From positions 3,904,001 to 3,968,000 of the forward strand of contig OZ242320.1 of the NCBI GenBank assembly GCA_965208125.1: a DNA stretch of 64,000 nt. Direction: 5' to 3'. The position numbers and the translations under genes are program-made. This DNA comes from Candidatus Latescibacterota bacterium. Its GTDB lineage: Bacteria > Latescibacterota > UBA2968. Under the pieces are notes generated by a model, which saw nothing but the letters and a program-made list of their open reading frames with translations, had not been told where the DNA came from and made no database searches. This document shows, in pieces, positions 51,489 through 60,655 of this stretch. Numbering within the stretch: position 1 is the first letter of the stretch; each line of letters opens with the position of its first letter.

Positions 51489-51520
51489 TGCCCGCCTCCT
51501 CAATAGAAGCGGGCATTTTT
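51489..51520. terminator. Intrinsic terminator between convergent TBDR and ppdK
   Basis: TGCCCGC...GCGGGCA followed by TTTTT. Confidence 0.65.
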
Positions 51521-51546
51521 GTGTTTATCTCTATCTGAATAGGAGA

Positions 51547-54192
51547 TTACTCTTCCAGTGCAGCGTGGGCGGCTGCGAGACGGGCGATGGGTACGCGGAA
51601 GGGCGAACAGGATACGTAGTCCATGCCGATGTTGTGGCAGAAGTGTACAGAGGACGGATCGCCGCCGTGTTCGCCGCAGATACCCACTTTGAGATCGCCG
51701 CGGGCGTCGCGTCCGTTTTTGGTGCCGAGTTCGACGAGTTGCCCCACGCCGGTCTGGTCGAGGGTCTGGAAGGGATCGTTTTCGAGGATGCCCTTTTCGA
51801 CGTATTCGCCCAGGAATTTGCCGGCGTCATCGCGCGAGTAACCATAGGTCATTTGCGTGAGATCATTGGTGCCAAACGAGAAAAACTCTGCGTGTTCGGC
51901 AATTTCGGCAGCGGTGAGGGCAGCGCGGGGGATTTCGATCATGGTGCCGATGAGATACGCGACGCGCTTGCCAGTTTCGCTTTCCACTGCGCGAGCCACG
52001 CGGTCTGTCATGATTTTGAGTTCGGTAAATTCTTTGACCGTGCCGACGAGTGGTATCATGATTTCGGGAACAGCTTTGGATCCTACATTTGCGGCGGCTT
52101 CGAGGATGGCACGCACCTGCATTTCGTAAATTTCCGGATAGGTGATGCCCAGCCGGCAGCCGCGATGCCCGAGCATGGGATTAAATTCGTTGAGAGATTC
52201 GACCTTGTCCTGAATGACGCGCAACGAGGTATCGAGCCGCCTTGCCATTTCCTCTTGCTGATCGCTCTCGTGTGGGAGAAATTCGTGCAGGGGGGGATCG
52301 AGTAGGCGAATGGTCACGGGCAGTCCTGCCATGGCATTGAAAATGCCTTCAAAGTCGCCGCGCTGGATGGGCAACAGCTTTTCGAGGGCGCGACGGCGGC
52401 CCTGTTCATCATCGGCGAGAATCATTTCGCGCACGATATTGATGCGGTCGCCTTCAAAGAACATGTGTTCCGTGCGACACAGACCAATGCCTTCGGCGCC
52501 AAAGTCGCGCGCAACAGTCGAATCGTGTGGCGTGTCCGCATTGGTGCGCACATTGAGTGTGCGAATCTCGTCGGCCCAGCCCATTAAGGTGGCAAAATCA
52601 CCCGAGAGTTCAGGCTCTTGTGTGGGGACCTGTCCGAGCATGACTTCACCCGTAGAACCATCGATGGAGACCCAGTCGCCGCCTTTGACAACCGTATCGC
52701 CAACGGAGAATTGATTCGCAGTGTAGTCGATGACCAGATCGCCGCAACCGGCCACGCAGCATTTGCCCATGCCGCGAGCAACCACAGCGGCGTGTGAGGT
52801 CATGCCCCCGCGTGCGGTGAGAATGCCCTGCGCGGCGTTCATGCCCCCAATATCTTCGGGCGAGGTTTCAAGGCGTACCAGCAGAACCTGTTCGCCCTGT
52901 TCGGCGGCTTCTTCGGCTTCTTCAGCGAGAAAGACGACCTTTCCCGACGCAGCACCCGGTGAAGCGGGTAATCCCGTAGCCAGTACATTGCGTTCAACTG
53001 AGGGATCGAAAGTGGGGTGCAGGAGTTGGTCGAGTTGTTCGGGTTCCACGCGCTGCACGGCTTCGGTCTGGGTGATCAGTCCTTCTCTGACCATGTCAAC
53101 GGCAATTTTGACGGCGGCAGCGGCTGTGCGTTTGCCATTGCGGGTTTGCAGCATCCAGAGTTTGCTTTGTTGCACGGTAAATTCGATGTCTTGCATGTCT
53201 CGATAGTGTTTTTCGAGTGTTTGGTAGATATCTTCAAGTGTTTGATAGGCTTCGGGAAGTCTGCCCGCCAGGAGATCTACGGGTTCGGGCGTGCGCACGC
53301 CTGCGACCACGTCTTCGCCCTGTGCGTTGGTGAGAAATTCGCCGTAAAATGTGTTTTCACCCGTGGAAGGGTCGCGCGTAAATGCAACGCCTGTGGCGCA
53401 GTCGTCGCCCATGTTGCCATAGACCATGGACTGTACGTTGACGGCTGTTCCCCAGTCGCCGGGGATATTTTCCAGACGCCGATAGGTGATGGCGCGATCT
53501 GCCTGCCAGGAGCCAAATACCGCGCCAATACCGCCCCAGAGTTGCTCGATGGGATCGGTGGGGAAATTTTGTCCCGTGCGTGTTTTGACGATGTCTTTGA
53601 ACATATCGACGAGGGTTTTGAGGTCCTCTACGGTCATGTCGAGGTCGTCTTCGATGCCGCGTTTTTCTTTGACTTCTTCGATGGCGGCTTCAAAGGGGTC
53701 TATTTCGAGGCCCTCAGGAGTCACGCCCATTACCACATCGCCATAGGTTTGGATGAAGCGGCGATAAGAGTCCCATCCAAAACGCGGGTTGTTACTCCTG
53801 GCAATAAGACCTTCTGCGATTTCATCGTTGAGGCCGAGGTTGAGTACGGTTTCCATCATGCCGGGCATGGAGACGCGCGCGCCCGAGCGCACGGAGAGAA
53901 GCAATGGATTTGTCGCATCTCCGAATTTGCCGCCCATAACATTTTCGAGTTTGGCAACGTTGTCCATTACCTGTTTTTCAAGTGCGTCGGGATATTGTTT
54001 GTCGTGATCGTAATAATACGTGCAAACCTCGGTGGTGATGGTAAATCCAGCGGGCACGGGAATGCCGAGGCCCGACATTTCTGCGAGGTTCGCGCCTTTG
54101 CCACCGAGTAAGTTGCGCATTTCTGCAGAGCCTTCGGCTTTGCCATCGCCAAAGAAATAGACATATTTTTCTTCTTGTTTTGCTGTTGCCAT
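51547..54192 (-). CDS. ppdK: Pyruvate, phosphate dikinase
   Basis: LLGGKGANLAEM, SVRSGARVSMPGMM, GGMTSHAAVVARG, GLCRTEHMF, FSFGTNDLTQ, ICGEHGG. Confidence 0.97.
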   Translation of the reverse strand: MATAKQEEKYVYFFGDGKAEGSAEMRNLLGGKGANLAEMSGLGIPVPAGFTITTEVCTYYYDHDKQYPDALEKQVMDNVAKLENVMGGKFGDATNPLLLSVRSGARVSMPGMMETVLNLGLNDEIAEGLIARSNNPRFGWDSYRRFIQTYGDVVMGVTPEGLEIDPFEAAIEEVKEKRGIEDDLDMTVEDLKTLVDMFKDIVKTRTGQNFPTDPIEQLWGGIGAVFGSWQADRAITYRRLENIPGDWGTAVNVQSMVYGNMGDDCATGVAFTRDPSTGENTFYGEFLTNAQGEDVVAGVRTPEPVDLLAGRLPEAYQTLEDIYQTLEKHYRDMQDIEFTVQQSKLWMLQTRNGKRTAAAAVKIAVDMVREGLITQTEAVQRVEPEQLDQLLHPTFDPSVERNVLATGLPASPGAASGKVVFLAEEAEEAAEQGEQVLLVRLETSPEDIGGMNAAQGILTARGGMTSHAAVVARGMGKCCVAGCGDLVIDYTANQFSVGDTVVKGGDWVSIDGSTGEVMLGQVPTQEPELSGDFATLMGWADEIRTLNVRTNADTPHDSTVARDFGAEGIGLCRTEHMFFEGDRINIVREMILADDEQGRRRALEKLLPIQRGDFEGIFNAMAGLPVTIRLLDPPLHEFLPHESDQQEEMARRLDTSLRVIQDKVESLNEFNPMLGHRGCRLGITYPEIYEMQVRAILEAAANVGSKAVPEIMIPLVGTVKEFTELKIMTDRVARAVESETGKRVAYLIGTMIEIPRAALTAAEIAEHAEFFSFGTNDLTQMTYGYSRDDAGKFLGEYVEKGILENDPFQTLDQTGVGQLVELGTKNGRDARGDLKVGICGEHGGDPSSVHFCHNIGMDYVSCSPFRVPIARLAAAHAALEE

Positions 54193-54341
54193 TGCGTCCT
54201 CCAAAAGGGTTCAAATCGGGGCACGACAGTGTGCCCCCGGGATATTTTCGCAGAAAAAAATATAATAGGGCAAAAAAACGAGCAAGGATTTTGTTTGAAT
54301 TGAGAAGGGAAAGGCGGGGTTGGAGATCGGAGGTGGGCTGA

Positions 54342-55532
54342 CTACTCATTACTGGTGGTGTCAGGCTGTGAGGCGTTAGTGGTATCGGGTTGTGAGGTAT
54401 TGATGGTGTCAGGTTGGAGCGCCTGGAATGATTCAATCGATGATTTTACCTGATTGAACTGGGTATTGCTTTCCCAGCCGAGGATGGTTTGCAAAATGCT
54501 TCGCCGCCCCACGTAAATACGCAAATCAGCGGTAGATCCAAAGCTGAGGGCAATGGGGGTTTGTTTGACGACGACTTCCAAACCAAAGGTGCGAACATTG
54601 CCTTCGTGGACAGCATATCCGTGGACTTCTGACACTTTGCCCTGACCGATAAAACCTTCGCGGTCAGTGAAGAGGTTACTCAATATTTCAACGGGTTGAC
54701 CGGGGCGCACTTTCCAGGCACTGGTTTCGGGCATCCAGGCACCGATGACTGTACCTTCGCCTTCTCCTGCGATGATCATGACAATGGCACCTTGACCGGC
54801 CTGCATGCCCGGATAGAGATCTTGGCGAGCGACTACGCCATTGACTGGCGCGCGCAGGGTGGCGCGTTCGAGGGCTTCGCGCGCGGCTTCGAGATTGTGT
54901 TTTGCCTTGTCCAGAGATGCCTGGGTTTGGCGCATTGCTGCTTCGGCCTGTTGAATTTCGGCAGGCAGGGGGCCGCGTCTCACCAGGTTGAGATTTTCGA
55001 GTTCGACTTTTAAGCTGGCTTCAGCCAGATCGTAATTGGTTTTGGCGCGTTCGTAGTCTTCCTGACTGAAGAGCCGCTGTCCTTCATAGAGAGCCTGGGC
55101 GCGTTTGAGGTCCTGTTGCCGGGCCGTGAGGTTAATGCGCGCTTGCTCAACACGCGATTCGGCTATTTTGATTTCTTCGGGGGTTGGCTGTGCGCGCAGC
55201 AGGGCAAGTCGCGCCTGTGCAGCTTCGAGGTTGGCGATTTCCCGTTTGATTTCTTGTTCCGCGGTTGCTGCAGCCGCTCTCAAATCGCCGTCGTAGAGCC
55301 GGGCGACGGGTTGACCGGCTGTGACGGAGTCGCCGGGTTCTGCGAGGATTTCCTGGATGTCCTGGCTCATGGGCGAGTTGATATATACTTTGTCTCCTGG
55401 TTCTACAATACCTTGAGCCATCACAATATCGTCAATCTGGATCAGTGCAAGGGCGAGTGCAATGGCCCCAATTACACCGAAGACCCAGAGTAGCCATTTG
55501 ACTATTCTGCCTTTTCGGCGACGGCGCATCAT
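54342..55532 (-). CDS. HlyD family membrane fusion/adaptor protein
   Basis: N-terminal TM, PGDSV..GQPVARL lipoyl half, long coiled coil, LRAPVNGVV. Confidence 0.85.
   Translation of the reverse strand: MMRRRRKGRIVKWLLWVFGVIGAIALALALIQIDDIVMAQGIVEPGDKVYINSPMSQDIQEILAEPGDSVTAGQPVARLYDGDLRAAAATAEQEIKREIANLEAAQARLALLRAQPTPEEIKIAESRVEQARINLTARQQDLKRAQALYEGQRLFSQEDYERAKTNYDLAEASLKVELENLNLVRRGPLPAEIQQAEAAMRQTQASLDKAKHNLEAAREALERATLRAPVNGVVARQDLYPGMQAGQGAIVMIIAGEGEGTVIGAWMPETSAWKVRPGQPVEILSNLFTDREGFIGQGKVSEVHGYAVHEGNVRTFGLEVVVKQTPIALSFGSTADLRIYVGRRSILQTILGWESNTQFNQVKSSIESFQALQPDTINTSQPDTTNASQPDTTSNE
54351..54416 (-). repeat. Intragenic 24-bp tandem repeat (QPDTxNxS)
   Basis: QPDTINTS-QPDTTNAS-QPDTTS at the C-terminus. 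Confidence 0.8.
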
Positions 55533-55553
55533 GGAATTATTTTTTCCTTTTGC

Positions 55554-55581
55554 TTGACAGATTTTGGGAGAATGGTATATT
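55554..55581 (+). promoter_or_regulatory. Putative tRNA promoter
   Basis: TTGACA-16 bp-TATATT with TG extension. Confidence 0.55.
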
Positions 55582-55608
55582 TCACAATTCTATACCAAAA
55601 TCCTGGAT

Positions 55609-55684
55609 GGGCGCGTAGCTCAGGCGGTAGAGCAACGGCCTTTTAAGCCGTGGGTCGCAGGTTCGAATCCTGCCGCGCTCACCA
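55609..55684 (+). tRNA. tRNA-Lys (anticodon TTT)
   Basis: GGGCGCG acceptor, TAGCTCAG-GGTAGAGC D arm, ACGGC-CTTTTAA-GCCGT anticodon arm, GTTCGAATCC T loop, encoded CCA; 76 nt. Confidence 0.97.
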
Positions 55685-55692
55685 TTAAAAAC

Positions 55693-55726
55693 GGCCCTGA
55701 ATCGCAATGATTTCAGGGCTTTTTTT
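55693..55726 (+). terminator. Terminator after tRNA-Lys
   Basis: GCCCTGAA...TTCAGGGC + T-tract. Confidence 0.8.
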
Positions 55727-55835
55727 CTGTCCATTGCGAGTAAATATAGTGAACAAATTTATTACATTGTTTTGCAAAGGTCAAGAAAGTTATAAATAAA
55801 ATTTATGATTTGGAACCGCTATATTGCACGGCAAC

Positions 55836-55864
55836 TTGACATCACAATGGGTATTAAATATATT
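55836..55864 (+). promoter_or_regulatory. Putative sigma70 promoter of cysH
   Basis: TTGACA-17 bp-TATATT. Confidence 0.65.
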
Positions 55865-55891
55865 GTGAATCAACGAACTCAAGAATAGGAG

Positions 55892-56638
55892 ATGTTTGTG
55901 CTTACTCGCGAAAAACTGAACGCGCAGTCCCTGGATCTTGAAACGGCACCATTGGAAGATATTTTGATCTGGGCTTGGGAGACATTGGGATCGCGCGTGG
56001 CGTTTGGTACTGCTTTTGGTGCCAGCGGCATGGTCTTGCTCGACGTGATGCAAAAGGCCGCGCCACAAATTCCCGTATTTACAATTGACACGGGTTTTCT
56101 GTTTCCCGAGACCCTGAGTTTGATCGACCGCGTGGAGGCGCGCTATGGGATTGAGATTGAGCGGGTGCATTCTCGTTTGAGCATTGAAGAGCAAGCGCGC
56201 GATTACGGTGCCGAACTCTACAAGCGGGATGCCGACCGGTGTTGCTGGTTGCGAAAAGTCGAGCCTTTGCAGCGCAAGTTATCCCAGTTGAATGGCTGGA
56301 TTAACAGCCGCAGGCGAGATCAGAGCGATACCCGCAGCCAAATTCCTATTCTGGAATATTATGAAACAGATGGGCGCGCGTTGCTCAAATTGAATCCCAT
56401 GGCTCCGTGGACGCGCAAACAGGTCTGGGATTATATTGTCGAACACGATGTGCCCTATAATCCCTTGATGGATCAGGGCTTTGCCACGATAGGATGCTGG
56501 CCCTGCACGAAAGCTGTAGATGCAGATGCAGACGAACGCGCCGGTCGTTGGGCAGGTTCGGATAAGACAGAGTGCGGTATTCACACCTTTTTACAGCCTA
56601 TTGATGCAGCGGCTAATGCCGTGCCTGTTGAATCTTGA
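55892..56638 (+). CDS. cysH: APS/PAPS reductase (4Fe-4S APS-reductase type)
   Basis: DTGFLFPET, CC..RKVEPL, IGCWPCT, RAGRW, ECGIH. Confidence 0.93.
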   Translation: MFVLTREKLNAQSLDLETAPLEDILIWAWETLGSRVAFGTAFGASGMVLLDVMQKAAPQIPVFTIDTGFLFPETLSLIDRVEARYGIEIERVHSRLSIEEQARDYGAELYKRDADRCCWLRKVEPLQRKLSQLNGWINSRRRDQSDTRSQIPILEYYETDGRALLKLNPMAPWTRKQVWDYIVEHDVPYNPLMDQGFATIGCWPCTKAVDADADERAGRWAGSDKTECGIHTFLQPIDAAANAVPVES

Positions 56639-56663
56639 CTTAGAAGGTCAAGAATAGTATTAT
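56633..56663 (+). promoter_or_regulatory. Internal promoter overlapped by palindromic operator (Rrf2/IscR-like)
   Basis: TTGACT-17 bp-TATTAT; TCTTGAC-N7-GTCAAGA inverted repeat. Confidence 0.6.
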
Positions 56664-56743
56664 TGCTTTTAATCGCGGCCCTCTCGTGGGGTCGTTTTTG
56701 GTTTATGGGAATGGGTGGACCGGTACCCTGAGAGGAAATCACC

Positions 56744-56968
56744 ATGTCCAATATCATGTCTGAAATCATTTTTGAAGTCAGCGAGGATGAAGTCGATGGT
56801 GGATACTCCGCCAGTGCGCTGGGATATGGCATCCATACCGAGGGCGAAACGCTTGAAGAACTTCGGCAGAATGTCAGAGAAGCCGTAGAGTGCTACTTTG
56901 ACGAAACGATGAAACGCCCTGGGTTGATTCGTCTGAATTTTATTTTTCACAAAGTCTTTGCACTATGA
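56744..56968 (+). CDS. Short HicB-family antitoxin-like protein (orphan)
   Basis: EIIFEV.ED..DGGY.A.ALG..I.TEGETLEELR.NV.EAV.C.F. Confidence 0.75.
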   Translation: MSNIMSEIIFEVSEDEVDGGYSASALGYGIHTEGETLEELRQNVREAVECYFDETMKRPGLIRLNFIFHKVFAL

Positions 56969-57894
56969 AAAAGCGTTCTCGCATCCGACATTCGGTTCTC
57001 GATGCGATAGGTAATACGCCGCTGTTGCGTATCCGGGAATTGGGGGATAAGATCGAGCCAGGGGTTGAAATCTGGGCGAAGTTGGAGATGTTTAACCCGG
57101 GTGGGTCGGTCAAAGATCGCCCCGCTTTGCAGATGATTGAAGATGCCGAAAAAGCGGGTGTGCTCACACCGGAGAAAGTGATTTTGGATTCGACTTCGGG
57201 CAATACGGGTATTGCGTATGCCATGATCGGTGCGGCAAAGGGTTATCGCGTCGAGTTGGTCATGCCCGAGAGCGTGAGCATTGAGCGGCGATACGTCATC
57301 CAGTCTTATGGATCTGATCTGGTGTTGAGCGATCCCCTTGAAGGCTCAGATGGTGCGATTTTGAAATGCCGGGAAATGCTGGCTGCAAACCCCGATTTGT
57401 ATTACAAACCCGATCAGTACAATAACCCATCCAATTCCAGGGCGCATTATTTGCACACGGCACCGGAAATTTGGTCGCAGACACGGGGCAGGGTGACGCA
57501 TTTTGTGGCGACGTTGGGCACGAGTGGTACTGTAATGGGTACTGGCAGAGGTCTGAAGGCATTTAATCCCGATGTGCAGATTATTGCCGTTGAGCCACCC
57601 GAATTTCACGGGATTGAGGGCCTGAAAAATATGGATGTGTCCATTGTGCCCGGTATTTACGATCCGTCGGTGTGGGACCAAAAGATTCGGATTGAAACGG
57701 AAGATGCGTATGATATTGCGCGATGGTTGACGCGAGATATGGGTTTGCTGGTGGGACAGTCTTGTGGTGCGGCGATGGCCGCTGCTCTAAAAGTTGCCGA
57801 GACTCTGGATGAAGGGGTCATTGTCACTTTGTTTCCCGATAGTGGTGAAAAATACATGAGTACGCCTCTGTGGCGGCTCGATCCCGTGGGGTAG
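56965..57894 (+). CDS. cysM: Cysteine synthase, CysM type (likely sulfur-carrier dependent)
   Basis: IGNTPL, KLE.FNPGGSVKDR, TSGNTG, GTSGT, IEGLK; adjacent to mec and cysO. Confidence 0.85.
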   Translation: MKKRSRIRHSVLDAIGNTPLLRIRELGDKIEPGVEIWAKLEMFNPGGSVKDRPALQMIEDAEKAGVLTPEKVILDSTSGNTGIAYAMIGAAKGYRVELVMPESVSIERRYVIQSYGSDLVLSDPLEGSDGAILKCREMLAANPDLYYKPDQYNNPSNSRAHYLHTAPEIWSQTRGRVTHFVATLGTSGTVMGTGRGLKAFNPDVQIIAVEPPEFHGIEGLKNMDVSIVPGIYDPSVWDQKIRIETEDAYDIARWLTRDMGLLVGQSCGAAMAAALKVAETLDEGVIVTLFPDSGEKYMSTPLWRLDPVG

Positions 57895-57896
57895 AG

Positions 57897-58352
57897 ATGT
57901 TTGACAAAGCGATTTGGGACGCCATGTTTGTCCACGCACAGCGGGAGTACCCGGCTGAGTGTTGCGGCATTGTGACCGAAGATGCTTCGGGGGTTCAGAC
58001 GATTCATCCGTGTGAGAATATCCAGGACAAATTGCACGCTGCCGATCCCGAAACCCATCCTCGCACTTCCAGGACAGCCTATCGCATGAACGATATGCAT
58101 GTGATGAAAATTCAATCGGAGGCGGAACAAGCGGGTGGGCGGATTGTCGCGATCTATCATTCGCATATTGACGTAGATGCTTATTTTTCTCAAGAGGATC
58201 AAGATGCGGCGACATTTTTTAATGAACCAGCCTATCCGGGCGTGGTTTATCCCATTATTCCAGTAAAAAATGCCCGGGTGGATGTCGGCGGAGAAAAAGT
58301 TTTTCAATGGCGTGATTCATCGTCAAAATTTGAGGAAGTGGAGATTAAGTAA
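57897..58352 (+). CDS. mec: JAMM/MPN+ (M67) metalloprotease, Mec-like
   Basis: YPAECCG and YHSH-x7-S-x2-D JAMM motif. Confidence 0.88.
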   Translation: MFDKAIWDAMFVHAQREYPAECCGIVTEDASGVQTIHPCENIQDKLHAADPETHPRTSRTAYRMNDMHVMKIQSEAEQAGGRIVAIYHSHIDVDAYFSQEDQDAATFFNEPAYPGVVYPIIPVKNARVDVGGEKVFQWRDSSSKFEEVEIK

Positions 58353-58374
58353 GAAATAAAAAAGGAGGTAACAA

Positions 58375-58659
58375 ATGGCTGTAACAGTTCGTATTCCAAC
58401 GCCTTTGCGCAAGTTTACAGGTGATCAATCCGATGTAGAAGTGCAGGGCGCGACGGTTGGGGAAGCTATCGACAATCTCGAAGCACAGCATGCGGGCATT
58501 AAGGAACACATGGTCGATGAGTCGGGCGCTATTCGACGCTTTGTCAATGTGTATGTCAACGAAGAGGATATTCGCTTTCTGGATGGACCCGATACGGACC
58601 TCAGAGATGGCGACCAGGTGACCATTGTACCTGCGATTGCCGGTGGGTGTTCCTTTTAA
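58375..58659 (+). CDS. cysO: Ubiquitin-like sulfur carrier (CysO/MoaD/ThiS family)
   Basis: VRIPTPLR, FVNVYVN.EDIRF, PAIAGG followed by CSF; AAGGAGG RBS. Confidence 0.88.
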   Translation: MAVTVRIPTPLRKFTGDQSDVEVQGATVGEAIDNLEAQHAGIKEHMVDESGAIRRFVNVYVNEEDIRFLDGPDTDLRDGDQVTIVPAIAGGCSF

Positions 58660-58675
58660 TCGGTATATCTGACTT

Positions 58676-59107
58676 ATGATGCACATTTCCGCTAAAGGTG
58701 ACTACGGTTTGCGCGCGGTCTTAGACCTGTGTCTGCACGATGGGGAAGGGCCAATTTTGCGCACAGATATCGCTGCGCGACAACACATCCCCGAAGCGTA
58801 TTTGGTACAGTTGCTCAATCTTTTGCGAAAAGCCGGTTTGGTGCATAGCATTCGCGGTCCCAAAGGCGGACATGTATTGTTGAAACGTCCGGATGAACTG
58901 ACCGTGGAAGAGGTGTTGGCTGCTCTGGAAGGACCTGTCAATTTGGTGGATAAGCGCGAGAAGGCTGAGGATGCGGGAACAGATGTGCTCAATGAAGTGT
59001 GGGAAGCTGTGGGGACCGCTGTACACGATGTCCTGTCATCGGTGACATTTGACGATTTGTGTCGAAAGTATCGGGCGCGTCAGATGCCTGTCACATTCCG
59101 GATTTGA
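58676..59107 (+). CDS. Rrf2 family regulator (CymR-like, no Fe-S Cys triad)
   Basis: KGDYGLRA, IP..YL.QL...L..AGLV.S.RGPKGG, LEGP. Confidence 0.88.
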   Translation: MMHISAKGDYGLRAVLDLCLHDGEGPILRTDIAARQHIPEAYLVQLLNLLRKAGLVHSIRGPKGGHVLLKRPDELTVEEVLAALEGPVNLVDKREKAEDAGTDVLNEVWEAVGTAVHDVLSSVTFDDLCRKYRARQMPVTFRI

Positions 59108-59109
59108 TT

Positions 59110-60030
59110 ATGGATGGCGCGAAAACCGGACATACGATTCTGGATCTGGTGGGCAATACGCCTATGGTACAGCTAAACTCGGTGGGGCCTGCAAATGGTG
59201 CTCAGCTTTGGGCGAAATTGGAATTTTTTAACCCGGCAGGCAGCGTAAAAGATCGCACGGCTCTCGCTATGGTTGAGGCTGCGGAGAAAAATGGGCAACT
59301 CAAACCTGGTATGACCATTGTGGAACCGACCAGTGGCAATACGGGTATTGGCCTTGCCATGGTGGCTGCAATAAAAAATTATCGGCTGATTATTACTATG
59401 CCGGAAGGCGTCAGCGACGAGCGCACCCGATTGCTCAAAGCTTATGGCGCCGAGGTTGTGCTAACGCCCGCCCGCGAGGGGATGCGCGGAGCGATTGAAA
59501 AAGCGTGGACGCTTAAGGATACAAACTGTTTTATTCCGATGCAGTTTGAAAATCCCGCCAATCCCGAGATTCATCGGCAGACTACCGCCCGAGAGATGAT
59601 TTCACAACTGGAGGGTGTTCCCGATGCTTTTGTCGCAGGTGTGGGAACGGGGGGGACTGTGACCGGTGTGGGCGAGGTCTTTAAGCAGGTGCGACCAGAT
59701 GTCGTGATCGTCGGGGTAGAGCCAAGGGATTCTGCGGTGTTATCGGGTGGAGAGCCTGGTCCTACTGAGATCGATGGCCTGGGCGCAGGCATGATTCCAG
59801 ATGTGCTGAATACGGAAATACTGGATCGCGTGATTGCCGTATCCAATTCGGATGCGCGCAAGATGTCAAAGCGGTTGGCGCGCGAAGAGGGCTTGCTGGT
59901 GGGGATTTCGTCGGGTGCAGCAGCACACGCAGCCGTTGTTGTCGCTTCAGCGATGAGACCTCAACAGACGGTCGCAACGGTATTGTGCGATACCGGTGAA
60001 CGCTATTTGGGTACGTTTTTGTTTGGGTGA
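59110..60030 (+). CDS. cysK: Cysteine synthase A
   Basis: NPAGSVKDR, EPTSGNTGIG, QFENPANP, GVGTGGT, GLGAG, GISSGA, DTGERY. Confidence 0.9.
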   Translation: MDGAKTGHTILDLVGNTPMVQLNSVGPANGAQLWAKLEFFNPAGSVKDRTALAMVEAAEKNGQLKPGMTIVEPTSGNTGIGLAMVAAIKNYRLIITMPEGVSDERTRLLKAYGAEVVLTPAREGMRGAIEKAWTLKDTNCFIPMQFENPANPEIHRQTTAREMISQLEGVPDAFVAGVGTGGTVTGVGEVFKQVRPDVVIVGVEPRDSAVLSGGEPGPTEIDGLGAGMIPDVLNTEILDRVIAVSNSDARKMSKRLAREEGLLVGISSGAAAHAAVVVASAMRPQQTVATVLCDTGERYLGTFLFG

Positions 60031-60044
60031 TGTACGCGATTGTG

Positions 60045-60092
60045 AAAAAGAAAGACCCGGCATCTTTTTGAGATTGCCGGGTCTTTCTTTTT
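60045..60092. terminator. Bidirectional terminator between cysK and rpsT
   Basis: AAAAAGAAAGACCCGGCA...TGCCGGGTCTTTCTTTTT. Confidence 0.9.
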
Positions 60093-60101
60093 GTAAATAT
60101 T

Positions 60102-60359
60102 TTACGATTCAAGATCAGCGACGTGGCGCCGTACTCTCGATTTGTAGCGGGCGGCTGCATTGCGGTGGATAACGCCTTTTTGGGCTGTTTTATCAATTAT
60201 GGACTGCGTGCGATTGATCAGTGCTTCTGCTTCTTCTTTGCTATTTGTCTCCAGCATTTTTTTTAGAGAAGTACGCAAAGACGAGCGCGTACCCTTGTTG
60301 CGGAGCCTGGCTCTTTCAGCTTGGCGCATGCGTTTTTTTGAAGATGCCAATTTGGGCAA
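60102..60359 (-). CDS. rpsT: 30S ribosomal protein S20
   Basis: SSKKRMRQ..R.RLRN..S.LRT..KK, IDK...KGVIH.NAAARYKSR; TTG start after AAGGAGGTG. Confidence 0.95.
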   Translation of the reverse strand: MPKLASSKKRMRQAERARLRNKGTRSSLRTSLKKMLETNSKEEAEALINRTQSIIDKTAQKGVIHRNAAARYKSRVRRHVADLES

Positions 60360-60620
60360 GGGATTCACCTCCTTAGGGTATTTCCGGAAATTTGAAGCAC
60401 AAAATTTAACCATTTACAGCTATTTGCACAACCCATTTTTCATTTTCTTGTTTTTTTTTACTTCTGTCTTATTTTACAGCCCGTAAGACCCAACAGCTTT
60501 AGTGTTGGGATATAAGGGCTTCCGAATTTATGGTGCGGTGCTTTAGCATGGTGGCACATTGCTCAAGGCAATGTGGGCGGTGAATCGACCAAAATCATCC
60601 GTTCACTGACTACATAAAAC

Positions 60621-60649
60621 TTGCATAAATTACTGTTTTTGTGTATATT
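60621..60649 (+). promoter_or_regulatory. Putative tnpB promoter
   Basis: TTGCAT-17 bp-TATATT with TG extension. Confidence 0.55.
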
Positions 60650-60655
60650 TATATT

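Noticed and set aside
55609-55730. Integrative element at tRNA-Lys
   Set aside because: No integrase and no duplicated tRNA 3' end seen
60520-60620. tnpA remnant inside the IS
   Set aside because: No HUH or catalytic Tyr motif recognisable; only a hairpin CACATTGC/GCAATGTG at 60555-60575
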